In this document: piece by piece, positions 19,155 through 30,216 of the stretch
How the letters are laid out: each line of letters opens with the position of its first letter
How positions within the stretch are numbered: position 1 is the first letter of the stretch
Origin: a virus
Virus record (IMG/VR): IMGVR_UViG_3300037760_000114
Coordinates: 32,001 to 96,000 of that record
Length of the DNA stretch: 64,000 nucleotides
Direction: 5' to 3' (one strand)
Program-made: the position numbers and the translations under genes
The notes under the pieces: generated by a model
What the model was told of the DNA's origin: nothing
Database searches by the model: none
Seen by the model: the letters and a program-made list of their open reading frames with translations, nothing else

Positions 19155-22100
19155 GGCTGGCCTCCAGGTCCGTCCGGGCCGGGTCCGTAGCCGCCCGGAT
19201 GCACCACAGCGGTGTCCCGGATGCCCGGCAGCGGTACGACCGCAGGTGGGGCCGATGGACCGTCCACCCTCGGTGGGATGCGGAGCATCTTGCGCGCCAG
19301 GCGATCTGCGGCCAGCCGGTCCCGGGCCTCGCCGATCGCCTTCCGGTGCCGCCAGCGTTGCCGCCGGGTGGCCCGGCGCCAGGTGAACCCGGCTATACAC
19401 TGCCCGACAGCGTGGTGCCGCCCGCCCCGGTCGCACACCGGGCACGCATTGCCGATCCGCCACAGCCGGGTACACACGTCACACACCCACAGGTCGCCCA
19501 GCAGCAGCCACTCGCCGGACTCCTGATAAACGTCCGGCAGGTCGCACGAGTGCGCCGGCTCCGGTCTCGCTGGCTCAGACTGCCTCAGAACCCAGCCCAT
19601 CCCCCACTCCCCTCTCGTTGGTCCATTGGCCTCGGTCCCAACGGCCCGCCACGATCTCCTCGGTCATCTCCGCCAGGGTCAGGCCACGCTCACGGGCAGC
19701 ATCGACCGCCTGCCGATACTCGCCGTAGCACCGGCACACCATCCGCAGCTGTGTCCGCTGCTCCTCCACCGTCGCCGCTCGGGCCAGGGTTGATCGAAGT
19801 CCACCGTCGGCAGCCACAGCCGCCTGCCCGATGCTGGCGAAGGCGGACCGGAGCCCGGACATGGCAGCGCCGATCTGCCTACTGGCTGCACGGAACTGGA
19901 GCCGGAACTGCCGCTGGCGGTAGGCCCGGATCGGATGCCGGAGCACCCGCCACCACCGCAGCCGGCGGGGCGGGCGTGGCGGGGTAGCGGCGCCGGTCGG
20001 GAAGAGCGAAGGCCGGTTGACCGCGAACCCGAGCCGGAAGCTCGCCCGGATCGCTGCGGCGTGTCCTCGGCGAAGTACGGCGGGAGCCGGCTCCCCTCGT
20101 CCACGAACATCGCCGCGAGCCTCGGCCCTCGGTCATCCCGATGGTATGCCGCGCTGATCCGCTCCCGCTGGTCGACCAGCGAGTCGGTCAGGTCAACGCC
20201 GCTGTCCAGCTCGGCCATGGTCGGGTTGTCGGGATCAGCTGGCGGGTTCGGCATCCACACCAGCCGGCCGACCTGCTCCAGCCCGGCGGCCAACTCCTCC
20301 GCCGACACGCCCAAGGCAGCCAGCGGCACCGGTGGTCCGTACTCGGGAGTGGGGTCGAGCCGTCGGCAGTCGGACAGCTCCCGCTCCAACCGATCCCACA
20401 TCTGATCGGCGCCCCTAACGGTGTCCGTGTCCGAGTCGGCCAACCACATACCAACCCAGCGGTGGCCGTCGTCCAGCCGGGCGAACAACCTCCCGTCGTC
20501 GCTGCGGTACGTCCGGCACACCAGACCCGCCGCTGAGAAGGCCCGCTCCCAGTCCAGCACCAGCCCGGAGTCGTCGAACGCGGTCACCAGATCCGGGCGC
20601 CACCGCATCCCGGTCGGGCCACCATCACGCCAGGCGTCCGTGTCCGGGCCGACGTGCGACGGGCGGCAGTCTTCCGAGCAGTACGCCGAACCCGGCCGTG
20701 GCTGGGCACCACACGGGCACAGACCAGCCACCGCGTTGTCCACCGCCGTCAGCGTCTTGTCGACCGTCACCACTGACCTCTCCCCCGTACGGCTAACCAG
20801 CGGCTAGCCGTGACCAAATTAGCCGTGCTCACCGTCGTCGCCCCTCTCGTCCAGCACCCGCCGTGCTGTCTCCGCCAGTCGCTCCCGCTCGTCGGCCCGG
20901 ATCAGCCGCTCCATCGCATCGAACGCGGCCCTCGCGTACGTGTCCACCGGCCGAAGCCCGACCCGGCGGTAGTGCTCCCGCGCGGCCTTGACGCACCGGT
21001 CGCGGAACAGGACCGCGTTGCGTATCCGGGCCAGATCCTCCGAAGTCGCCTCACCCATGCTCTCCCACCTCTGCCTGCCCCAGGATCTGCCGGGCCAGGG
21101 CGATCACCTCGTCGCACGGCACCCGGTTCAGCATCTGCACGTCCAGCCCGCCCAGCCACGCCGCCTGGTGAAAGAGTGCCGCCATGGCGCGACCAACACC
21201 CGGCGACACCGCAGCGGTCCAGTAGTAGGGGCCGGGCACGCCAGCCAGCGACGCATGACTCGCGTGAGAGTCCGCCACCCGGCTCAACAGCTCCCCCGCT
21301 CGCCGCAGCAGCTCCACGTCGGCATCCGTCGCGGGTGTGTGTTTACTCATGGTCGCCTCCGGCCAACTCCAGCGCCCCCATGTCGATGACGTAGATGTGC
21401 CCGTCGGTGAACGCCGACGGCTCGACGGTCCACAGCCCCGGCGCCGGGCTGTGCCGCTGGATCAGCGCCTCAAGATCGGCCACCAGCTCGGGTGGGCAGA
21501 TGATCGTCTTGCGCATCCGGCCGAACTGGGCGAGTGCCTGCTGAATTTCGTCGAGTAGGTCAGCCATGGAGCAACGCCGCCAGAATCATCAAGCCGACCC
21601 CCAGCAACAGCGGCACCGCAAGAGGCCAGATGCTGGGTCCGTCGCTGTCCATCTTGATCCAGCTGTTGTCAGGTGGTGGCCTCATCCGGTCGTGGTCGTG
21701 AGGTAGCCGGTTGCTGCCTCCGGCGGAGCCCGTGCCGTCACGCCCGGCGCTGAAGTCGGCCGGGTCCAGCGGGTGGGTTGCCTCGTAACCGTGGCCTCTA
21801 GGCATGGTCACCTCCGGTGCTGTGCTGGCGGGCGATCTGGGCAGCGCGGAACGGCGGTATGCCAGTGGAGTGCTCGCCACGCTCCTCAAAGTGGCGGGCG
21901 ATCTCCTCGGCGACCCGGGCGCGGGGTGCCCACCGCTTCGGCTGCCAACCGGCGGCGAGCATCCGATCCAGCAGGTCCTCCCGATCGTCCGGGCGTGCGG
22001 CAATCTGTTCGGCGTGCTCCATGTGCTCGCGGGTGAGCCGGATGCAGGATCCGCCACGGTGCCAGCCGGCGGCGGTGAGCGCGTCCAGCATCACCTCGGC

Positions 22101-22242
22101 CCAGTGTTCGTCCCAGTCCTCCACCAGGGGTCCGCAAGCGCAGTGGTCCGCGTCCTGCGCCCGGTCGTTGCGGTCAAGGTCGATGTAGTGATGGCGTAGT
22201 GCGTCGGCAACGGTCTCCACGTCGGTGTCGTCGTACAGGCGG

Positions 22243-24894
22243 TCAGCCATGCTGCGGCTCCTCTGCGGCGGTGGTGGGGATGGTGATGATGCCGGTGCGG
22301 ACGGCCTGCGCCAGCGTTATCCCCGGGTAGCCGTCGGCGAGTTGGTCCAGTGCGGCCTCCACTGATCCGGGTTGCCCGTGCCAGGTGAGCGCGTCGGCGG
22401 CTGCGTCGCGGGCGATCTCCTGCCGCAGTTCGGGGTCGAGGATCGCGGCGAGCCGCTGCACCTCGGCGCGGGCGGTGGCCAACTCGTCGCGGGCGACCTT
22501 CAACTCTGCGTGCAAGCGCAGCCGATGCATGGCGTTTTCGTCGCCGAGTTCACATTGGTGCTGGAATCGCTGCTGTGCACGCTCAGCCTCGGCCTTCCAC
22601 CGGTCCCGGTCGGCGGTCAGCTCTTGGACCATGCCGGCCCATGCCGCACGGACCGCGCCACCGATCTGCCCAGCCTGCTCAGCGGCGGCGAGCAGGGCAC
22701 GCAGCTGGTCGGCGTCGGCGGCGGTCATCTCGACGCAGACGACGCCATCGGGCCACTCGGCGGGGCTGGCGTCGGACACGATCCGGTCGATGGTGGTGCG
22801 GTCCCAGCCGGGGCCGTCGCCCGGCGTACTGTCCACCCCACTGTCCGCCCCCTTTTGGCCGCTGGGCTGCGGCGTTGCGCCGTCGCCGGTGGTGGTGGTG
22901 TCCGGTGGGTTGTCCGGCCGGCGGGTGCCGCAGTGGGGGCAGATGCTCCACTCGGGGTCCGGTGCAGCGCCGCAGTGGTGGCACCGTGGCGCCGAGCCGG
23001 CGGCCACGGCGCGGGCGGTGTCGAGCACCCACCGTGCGGCCGGGCAGTCCGGGTCGTGGGACTGGGTGTCCTGGCACCGGCAGGTGGCCAGGTCGAGCCC
23101 GCCTGGCGCCAAGTTGGGGGCGGGTTCACTTGGAGCGTCGACCTCACGCTCCAAGTTCCGTTGGCTTGAATCCGCCGGGCCGGGATTCAGGTCTTCCGGG
23201 TGCGGCTTGAATCCGTCCGCGTCGGCGGCGTCCACGGCGGCGCGCTGGCGGCGCAGCAGCTCCCGCATGATGTCAGGCACGTCGACGGGCACGCCTTGCC
23301 GCGTTTCTGCGGCGAGGTCCCGGGCGGTGTCGAGCACCCGCGGCACCCACGCCGCCCGCTCCCGGTCCCCGACGGCAGTCCCGGCCACGATGGCGCGGAT
23401 TTCGTCATCCTGCCGCTGGACCATGCGCCGCAGCTCCCGCACCAGGGCCACCAGCGCCGGCACGTCGGTGCGGGCGTGCGCCACGAACTCGGCGTCAGCG
23501 TGCCCTTCGTCGCTGTCTTCGTCGTACGCGGGCGCGTTCGGCCCGGCGCACACCCATCCGTGGTCGCCGATCGTGACGCAGCCATGCAGCGGGTTGGGGT
23601 CGGTGTGCTCCTTGTGCCACGGTCCGGGGGTGGCTGCGTTGGCGCGGGCCTCGATCGCGTCGAGGTCGAGCCCGCCCGCCCGTGCGCCGCTGTGGGCGTC
23701 CGGGGTGCCCGGGGCCGTGCCCGGGGCCGTGGTGGCGGCAGCGGCAGGCCCAGCCGGTGCGGCGGGCCGATCACAGCCGCATGTCGCCGTACACCGCTCG
23801 CCGTAGCCGTGTTTGCCGTTCGCACCAAGCGGGCGATGCCGGTCGCATTCGTCGACCAGCCGACCGAGCCGGGCGATGTGCTCGTAGCGCCGATTGCCGG
23901 GTGGTAGCTGGCCAAGGGCAGTCTGCGCTACGCACAGGGTTTCCCGGAGCATCTTCGGCGAGTCGGGCACGGTCAGCGTTGTCCCGGATCGCTGTGCGGG
24001 TGCGGCGGGCCGCTGTGGCGTCTCCCGCCACGGGGACAGCCCGCCCACCTCGATGCGGTGCGCGTCGACCACCAACATGGCAGCGTTGGTCCTTGACGCA
24101 TCCGCCTGCCGCAGGTCGCTGCGCTCCCACCGTTCGGCGGCTTCGCTGCACTGGTCGGCTTCCCACCGCAGCGCGGCGACCCACTCGGCGCGGGTGCGGG
24201 CATCCTCCACCCGCTGCGCCTCCGCCTGCATCTCGGCGAACTGGGCTTCCATCACCCAGCCGGCGGAGGTCCGCCAGCCGTCGCCGTCGTGGTCCCACTC
24301 GACCGGCATCACGATGGTGACGCTCTCCGGCTCCGGCTGGTCGGCGGCCCATGGCGGAGCGAAGCGGCCCTCCCATGCGCCGCACGCCGGGCACTGTGCC
24401 TGCCTGTCGTCAGGGCCGAAGGTGAGTTGCCCGTAGCAGCGCTGACCGTCCGGCTCCAGTTCATTGCGGCATGGGCGACTGACGGCGGCCGGGGCGTCCG
24501 CCTGCTGGTCGTCCTGCACCTCCTGCACCTCCTGCACCTCCTGCCGAGCCTTGACCGCGGCCAGCCCGGCGCGCAGCCGTGCCGCGTAGGCGAATGCCGG
24601 CGCGAGAGCTTCCTCGGCGGCGGCCTCGGCTGCTGCGTGCACGTCGGCTGCCGGGGTGTCTGCCGGCGGCTCCTGCCGGACGCTGCGCCACGGCAGGTCC
24701 GTGGTCCCCCCGGCGGTGCTGATCTCACCGGTCGGACCGCAGACGGTACCGCCGGAGCCGTCGGGCACGGCGTGGACACAAGCCGGTCGGATGCCGCCGC
24801 ACCAGCCGTCGGGCCACCCGACGCGGCGGACGCTGTGCGGGTCGTGCGGGTCGGTGTCGCCGCACGGCGCGGTGGTCGGGTCGGGCGCGGTCAT
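22243..24894 (-). CDS. Large mosaic protein with an Ead/Ea22-like domain and Zn ribbons
   Basis: LDLDAIEARANAATPGPW...DAEFVAHARTDVPAL; CPAC, CHHC, CPHC. Confidence 0.55.
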   Translation of the reverse strand: MTAPDPTTAPCGDTDPHDPHSVRRVGWPDGWCGGIRPACVHAVPDGSGGTVCGPTGEISTAGGTTDLPWRSVRQEPPADTPAADVHAAAEAAAEEALAPAFAYAARLRAGLAAVKARQEVQEVQEVQDDQQADAPAAVSRPCRNELEPDGQRCYGQLTFGPDDRQAQCPACGAWEGRFAPPWAADQPEPESVTIVMPVEWDHDGDGWRTSAGWVMEAQFAEMQAEAQRVEDARTRAEWVAALRWEADQCSEAAERWERSDLRQADASRTNAAMLVVDAHRIEVGGLSPWRETPQRPAAPAQRSGTTLTVPDSPKMLRETLCVAQTALGQLPPGNRRYEHIARLGRLVDECDRHRPLGANGKHGYGERCTATCGCDRPAAPAGPAAAATTAPGTAPGTPDAHSGARAGGLDLDAIEARANAATPGPWHKEHTDPNPLHGCVTIGDHGWVCAGPNAPAYDEDSDEGHADAEFVAHARTDVPALVALVRELRRMVQRQDDEIRAIVAGTAVGDRERAAWVPRVLDTARDLAAETRQGVPVDVPDIMRELLRRQRAAVDAADADGFKPHPEDLNPGPADSSQRNLEREVDAPSEPAPNLAPGGLDLATCRCQDTQSHDPDCPAARWVLDTARAVAAGSAPRCHHCGAAPDPEWSICPHCGTRRPDNPPDTTTTGDGATPQPSGQKGADSGVDSTPGDGPGWDRTTIDRIVSDASPAEWPDGVVCVEMTAADADQLRALLAAAEQAGQIGGAVRAAWAGMVQELTADRDRWKAEAERAQQRFQHQCELGDENAMHRLRLHAELKVARDELATARAEVQRLAAILDPELRQEIARDAAADALTWHGQPGSVEAALDQLADGYPGITLAQAVRTGIITIPTTAAEEPQHG

Positions 24895-24904
24895 CGGGAC
24901 TCTC

Positions 24905-25479
24905 CCTCGGTGGTGGTGGTTTCGATGTCGCGCATCAAGCGGGCTACGGCGGCGGCGTGCTGCTCGGGGATGCCGTACCGGCGACAAGCGGCCAGCGCCG
25001 CCCGCTGGCTCAGGTCATGCAGCTCGGCGGCTGCATCGGTGGCAGCCCGGTCCGCCGCGACGGCTCCCGGCTTCGGCCAGCCGGGGCAGCCGAACTCGCC
25101 CCACGAGGTGCGCAGAGTGTGGCGGGCGTGTGGCCGCTTGTCCACGCAGGTGCCTAGGTGCGGGTCACGCTGGTAGTGCTGGCTCATCGGGTGCTCCCCT
25201 CGGTGGTGGTAGATCCGCTGCGGCGGTACGGGCGGCGGCCCGTACGCAGCCACTCCAGCAGCGGCTCCGCCAGGTCAATGACGTGGTTGGCGACACCATG
25301 CGGGGTTCCGGACACGTCGCCGATGATGTAGGCGGCGGTGTTCAGCGCCGACTCGCGGAGCTGCTGCTCGCGGGTGGCGTCGTTGTCGGCTTCGGCGATG
25401 GTGCGCAGGGCGCGTTGCTCCTCGATGAGCATTTGGGTTGGACTCAGGCGGTCGGACATGGTCACTCCTCGGTGGTGGT
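24905..25479 (-). repeat. Three exact 13-bp repeats (ACCACCACCGAGG on the minus strand) at gene junctions
   Basis: Copies at 24905-24917, 25198-25210 and 25467-25479, each just upstream of an ATG. Confidence 0.7.
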
Positions 25480-26188
25480 AGTGGCGCCGCATCCGCAGCG
25501 GTGGTACCGGTCGTCATGCGGCGGACGCACACAGGAGTGATCACGCCAGCCAGCGGGGTTGTGGGAGCTGGTCCACTCGTGGCCGCAGTGGCTCATCGGG
25601 TCACTCCGTCCCGATCGCGTCGTGGAACATGGCCGCGGTCGGGATCGCAGCCGCCAGCCACACTGCGCCGACAATCAGCGACGCTGTCTCATGGCCAGCG
25701 ATCACCAGTCCGAGCGCCACCGCCCAACCTGTGACGGCCACCACGACCAGCACTGCGCCAGCCGCCTCGGCAACCCACTGCCGCACTCCCCGGCTCATCG
25801 CCGCACCGCCTGAGCCACGAACCGGATCACAGCTCCAGCGGCCAGGCAGATCAGAACCAGCGGCCAATACCCGACCGGCGGCACCGACGCAGACAGCTCG
25901 TGATGCAGCACCCCCATCGCCAGCATCACCAGCCAGCCCACCAGCAGACTCGACAGCACGGATATCAGGGCAGCCACGACCATCAGGCGGGCGACCTCAA
26001 GCATTGATCCCCCGCTGCTCATCGCTGCCCCTGCTCGGTCGCCTCGTCGGGTAGCCCGCACAGGTTCCGGTGATGCTCACGCACCACCCGACGCTCGGCC
26101 GCTGTGAACTCCTGCGTGAACACGGTCTGCGGCCAGCCGACAGGGCAACGGCACTCAACAGCCGGGCTGGTATCCCGACCGGTGGCGG

Positions 26189-26467
26189 TCACCGGGAATC
26201 CCCCACCGGCTCGTACGTCGCCGCGAACACGTCCGGCTTGATCGGATAGAACGTGCCCGGCTTCGAGTCCGGCACCACCCAGTCACCGACCCGGCAGGGC
26301 GCCGGATCGCCGTGCGTGGTGGTCAGGATCAGGTGCTCCGGATTCTTCTCGGTCGGCCCGTAGATGCCGTCCGCGCCGAACGCACCCCAGATCTCGGCCA
26401 CGTTGTCGCCGGTGAACTGGATCGCCTCTACCTCGATTGGCTTCTTGCGGTAGGTCCCCATGTCCAT
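26189..26467 (-). CDS. Phage protein (YRKKP...VEA family)
   Basis: YRKKPIEVEAIQF...GDWVV...FYPIKPDVFAATYE. Confidence 0.7.
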   Translation of the reverse strand: MDMGTYRKKPIEVEAIQFTGDNVAEIWGAFGADGIYGPTEKNPEHLILTTTHGDPAPCRVGDWVVPDSKPGTFYPIKPDVFAATYEPVGDSR

Positions 26468-26673
26468 CACTCCTCGTTGATCTCGTCGTTGTCCAGTCCG
26501 TCCAGCAGGGAGGGCTGCATCGGGTTGCCGACCCGCACCGGCCGCACCGGGCGGGGCTTCCTGGCCCGCACCAACCCCAGCCGCGCCGCGCACGTCCTGC
26601 CGAGCCCGATGGGAACCCATCCCGGATCGGACAACACCCGGCGGCAACGGCGGCAGCGAACGGCGTCGGTCAC
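26467..26673 (-). CDS. DUF6011-like Zn protein
   Basis: CRRCRRVLSDP...GLGRTC. Confidence 0.55.
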   Translation of the reverse strand: MTDAVRCRRCRRVLSDPGWVPIGLGRTCAARLGLVRARKPRPVRPVRVGNPMQPSLLDGLDNDEINEE

Positions 26674-27103
26674 TCGTCGGTCCGCCAGCCCTCGTCGCAT
26701 CCGTCCGGGCACCCACCCGTACCGCCGCACTCGCCACAGCCGCCCATCTCACTGGCCCATCCGTCACACCCCGGGCAGACACCGCCAGCCATGCAGGTGG
26801 AGCAGCGCCAGCGGCACGGGCCTTGGTGTCCGGTGCCCTCGCTGTCGTCCAAGGCGCAGCAGCCGTGATCCTCCGGCGGATGCAGGGCAGCGGGGCGGGT
26901 CATCCGCTCACTGGCCACGCTGACTCCTCTCGATCTGTTCCCGGATCAGCCGGGCCACCGGCGGGGTGACGAACCCCGAGACGCCAGGTGTGTCCTCGGT
27001 GGCGTCGGGGTCGAACGTCGGGGCGGTGTGGGCGCGTGCCCGTTCCACCGCTGCCGCCCCCGCTGCGGCAGCAGCACGCTCCCCCGCCGTCCGATGCCCG
27101 GAC

Positions 27104-27640
27104 TCAGGCCGCATCGCAGTCCTCCCCGGGCGTACCGGCCATCCGCTCGACCGTCTCCGCCAGCTCCGCGAGAGCATCGCGGCGCGGCTGCGGCTCCAGG
27201 CTCCGCACTCTGCCCAGCGCGGCCCGCGCGGCGGCCACGCCACGGGCGTTGCGCTCCCCCTGACTCGGCCCAGCGGCGAACCTGCCCGGCGGCAACGCCA
27301 GCCGCTGAGACTCCCCCGGCGTGGGTTGCTGGACCCGCCTCAGTGCCTCCAGTACGGCGTACGGATCGTCCGGGTCAACACCCCGCAAGGCTCGCAGCTC
27401 CTGGACCCACTGCCCCCGGGACTCAGCCCGGCGGCGCCGCTTCACCACGGCGATCACGTGCCCCGCCTTCAGGTAGGCGTCCGGACTGGTGGTGTAGTGC
27501 TCCCGCACAGCGGCGGCAGCCTCAGCCAAGCTGATCCCCTCCAGGTCGGCTGCCCACGCCTGAGCGGCGGCCTGACTCGGCGTCCGGTTGTCGTACACGG
27601 CGGCGATCGCCAACAGCTTGATCGCGTCCTGGATGTTCAT
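27104..27640 (-). CDS. Replicative helicase loader/inhibitor-like protein
   Basis: LLAIAAVYDNR...AWAADL...AAVREHY; follows the initiator. Confidence 0.55.
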   Translation of the reverse strand: MNIQDAIKLLAIAAVYDNRTPSQAAAQAWAADLEGISLAEAAAAVREHYTTSPDAYLKAGHVIAVVKRRRRAESRGQWVQELRALRGVDPDDPYAVLEALRRVQQPTPGESQRLALPPGRFAAGPSQGERNARGVAAARAALGRVRSLEPQPRRDALAELAETVERMAGTPGEDCDAA

Positions 27641-28701
27641 GTCGCCCCCTCTGCGGCGAGCTGGGCGCCGAGATCGAGCCAGCCCTGAACGCGGCTGTCG
27701 GTGGTGGACTGCCGCTGGTCGGGGCGTTTCTGGTGCCGCAGGGCGACCACCGTCCCGGGCTGCTCGGCGTCCGGCACGGCGGTGCTGATCTGGTGGATCA
27801 GCGACGGCAGCACACCGGGTCCGAGGTCGCCGCGTACCTGCCACAGCCGCAGCGCCTCGGCCACATCGGTTTCGGTGGTGCCGACCCGCAGCGCGTCGTG
27901 GACGTGCCGGGCGATCGCGTCTACCACGGCGGGCTGCGCTCTGCCGTTGGGCAGCGACGAGAGCCAGCCGGTGATGATCCGTTCGGCTGGTCCGGCTGGG
28001 TCGCTGTTGGGCGGCTCGCCAAGATCGCGGCCCCTACTACCGTTAGCTACGTACGCAGCTGTACCACCGGGGTTCGGGGAATCGGGGATAGGGGAATCAC
28101 TACTACTACTCCGTACCCTTCCCCTTTCCCCGTGGGCACCACGCGTGCCCTTCCCGGAAGGCACATCGGAACCCTTCCCGGAAGGGTTCCCCGAACGGTT
28201 GTCTTGACGGTTGTCTTGACGGTTGCTCGGTGGGTCTGGGTACCCATCTCCGATGGCTTGCAGCATCTCCGCGACGATCGCGGCGGACCTCTGGGTCATG
28301 TCCCCCGCCTCGGCGATCCGGCGCAGCTCAACGGCGAGTTCACTCAGGATCGGGCGGCTCTCGATCAGCGGCAGATGGTCTCGGGCAGCGCACAGGACGT
28401 TCGGCTGCCGGTACACCTTGTCGCGGCGCATGAACGACCGCACCAGCAACTCCTCGGTGTCTTCGTCGATCACCACGAACCGGCCGGCCACCAACTCCCC
28501 CAGCGCGGCCGTGACCACCTCGGGCGTCAGGTCGCGGGCACGTCGAGCCCAACGCTTGACCCGGAGGGCAATCACACCGGTGTGCGCCATGTCGCGCTGT
28601 GACAGCAGGAACATGAAGACCCGCTGCGCGTCGCCCGTGAGCGCAAGGAAGTCATCGTCGTCCCAGATGTCCACGGTGATCCGGGCCTCGCTACGCGCCA
28701 C
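27637..28701 (-). CDS. Phage replication initiator protein
   Basis: ARITVDIWDDDDFLALT...FLLSQ, ELLVRSFMRRD; contains internal direct repeats. Confidence 0.7.
   Translation of the reverse strand: MARSEARITVDIWDDDDFLALTGDAQRVFMFLLSQRDMAHTGVIALRVKRWARRARDLTPEVVTAALGELVAGRFVVIDEDTEELLVRSFMRRDKVYRQPNVLCAARDHLPLIESRPILSELAVELRRIAEAGDMTQRSAAIVAEMLQAIGDGYPDPPSNRQDNRQDNRSGNPSGKGSDVPSGKGTRGAHGERGRVRSSSSDSPIPDSPNPGGTAAYVANGSRGRDLGEPPNSDPAGPAERIITGWLSSLPNGRAQPAVVDAIARHVHDALRVGTTETDVAEALRLWQVRGDLGPGVLPSLIHQISTAVPDAEQPGTVVALRHQKRPDQRQSTTDSRVQGWLDLGAQLAAEGAT
28148..28225. repeat. Iteron-like repeats, putative replication origin
   Basis: CCCTTCCCGGAAGG x2 (28148, 28172); ACGGTTGTCTTG x2.5 (28195-28225). 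Confidence 0.55.
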
Positions 28702-29317
28702 GGCTACCTCCCGCCACGGCCACAGGCGTCCAGTCGACCCGGTTACCCTTCTGGCGATTGCACGGGGAGCACGACAGGACCAGGTTGTCGGCGATCGTCT
28801 CGCCACCCAAAGACTCTGGGATCAGGTGATCTAGTTCGTGTTCGAAAACCACCCAGTGGGCCGTGGCCCGCTTGATCGGCCAATCGACCCTCCCCAGTAC
28901 CCCACAGTGGTGGCAGGGTACGTAGCAGCTATCACCCGGGCGCGCGCCGTACCTGATCGCCACCTCAAGGCGCACAGACGTGGGGATCTTCGCCTTCCTA
29001 TAGGTGCTTTCCGGCTTCGGGAAAACCGGGCCGTGGTCGCCGGCAACGACCCTGTATCGGGTTCGTTCTGGTGAACCCTGAACAGAGCTAGATCGCAAGC
29101 GGATGATCCATCCCAGGCGCTCAAGGCGGCCGAGCCACCGAGCCACCGTGGCACGACCTAGACCGGTCGCTGTCTTGATCTCGTTCAGCGACAGCGACAG
29201 GGCCGGCGGTTCTGACGCATCGTCCTTCACGAACGACAGGAGCGTCAGCAAGATCAACCGGGCCGGCCATTCCAGCTTGGAACCCAACACGGCCACCTGA
29301 ATCTCCCGCTTGGTCAT
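28691..29317 (-). CDS. HTH-HNH endonuclease
   Basis: LNEIKTATGLGRATVARWL; ELDHLIPESLGG...NLVLSCSPCNRQKG. Confidence 0.8.
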   Translation of the reverse strand: MTKREIQVAVLGSKLEWPARLILLTLLSFVKDDASEPPALSLSLNEIKTATGLGRATVARWLGRLERLGWIIRLRSSSVQGSPERTRYRVVAGDHGPVFPKPESTYRKAKIPTSVRLEVAIRYGARPGDSCYVPCHHCGVLGRVDWPIKRATAHWVVFEHELDHLIPESLGGETIADNLVLSCSPCNRQKGNRVDWTPVAVAGGSRGA

Positions 29318-29416
29318 TGGTGTCACCCCCTGCCCCTCCCGCCGGTCAGTCATCCGTTCGGTCACCCCGCCCTCCCCTGCTTGCATGACCCATCCATATG
29401 CCCTAACCATTGGTGT

Positions 29417-29451
29417 GTGGCTACGGTGGTGGCTACGTACGTGGTTACAAT
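29417..29451 (+). promoter_or_regulatory. Promoter with three 12-bp-phased GTGG(C/T)TAC boxes and -10 TACAAT
   Basis: Boxes at 29417, 29429 and 29441; TACAAT lies 6 nt before ATG 29458 (leaderless). Confidence 0.55.
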
Positions 29452-29457
29452 AGCCTG

Positions 29458-29742
29458 ATGACCAGAGCGACAACCACGCCACCCGCCTCGTACTTTCAGA
29501 CGACCCTGTCGCCACCAGAAGGGCCACGCACGTACGCTGACGGCGTGGCCACTGATAGCAGCGACATCCGACGCTTCCGCGCCGACGACGAACTGTGGGC
29601 GGCCTACACCGCAGTGGTTGGCGAGCGTCGCCGATCCGCTGATCTCCGGGCCTACATCGAGTGGCGGATTGAGCATCCCGACCAGCCCTTGCCCGGCCGC
29701 TGGCGCGGCCCTGCCGTGCGCAGGCAGAAGACCGGCGAGTAG
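29458..29742 (+). CDS. Putative RHH-type regulator/antitoxin
   Basis: IRRFRADDELWAAY...RSADLRAYIEW; start uncertain. Confidence 0.55.
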   Translation: MTRATTTPPASYFQTTLSPPEGPRTYADGVATDSSDIRRFRADDELWAAYTAVVGERRRSADLRAYIEWRIEHPDQPLPGRWRGPAVRRQKTGE

Positions 29743-29745
29743 GTC

Positions 29746-30216
29746 ATGCCGTGGCGACAGGGAGCCGCGCTGTACCGGCTGTACGACGCTGACGGAGGGC
29801 TGCTCTACATCGGCATCGCCGAGAACCCGGACACCAGGTGGAAGCAGCACGCCAAGCAGTCGCACTGGTGGACCAAGGTCGACCCGTCGCGTTCCCGTGT
29901 TGAGTGGTACCCGGGAGGGTACGACGCGGCAGCCGCCGAGAAGGCGGCCATCGCGGCCGAAGATCCGCCGTTCAACGTGGTCGGCTCTCCGCGTCGCACC
30001 TACACGCCGAAGCCGAAGGTGGCGGAGATAGACGGCAGCCGCGCGGTGCCGATCAATGAGCTGAGACCGACCCTCGGCGACCGGGTCGACGCCGCCTACT
30101 TCCTCGGCGAGGACACCGTCGTCACCAAGAAGGGCAAGCCCCGCGCCGTCCTGGTCTCGCACGAGTGGTGGCAGCGCATGTGCGCGCTCGAAGCCGGGCG
30201 CGGCAACGAATCCTGA
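29746..30216 (+). CDS. GIY-YIG nuclease fused to a Phd/YefM-like domain
   Basis: LYRLYD..LLYIGI..RWKQH..AEKAAI..PPFN followed by INELRPTLGDRVD..VVTKKGKPRAVLVS. Confidence 0.75.
   Translation: MPWRQGAALYRLYDADGGLLYIGIAENPDTRWKQHAKQSHWWTKVDPSRSRVEWYPGGYDAAAAEKAAIAAEDPPFNVVGSPRRTYTPKPKVAEIDGSRAVPINELRPTLGDRVDAAYFLGEDTVVTKKGKPRAVLVSHEWWQRMCALEAGRGNES

Noticed and set aside
24512-24544. 9-bp tandem repeat (QEV x3)
   Set aside because: In-frame coding microrepeat with no sign of a separate function
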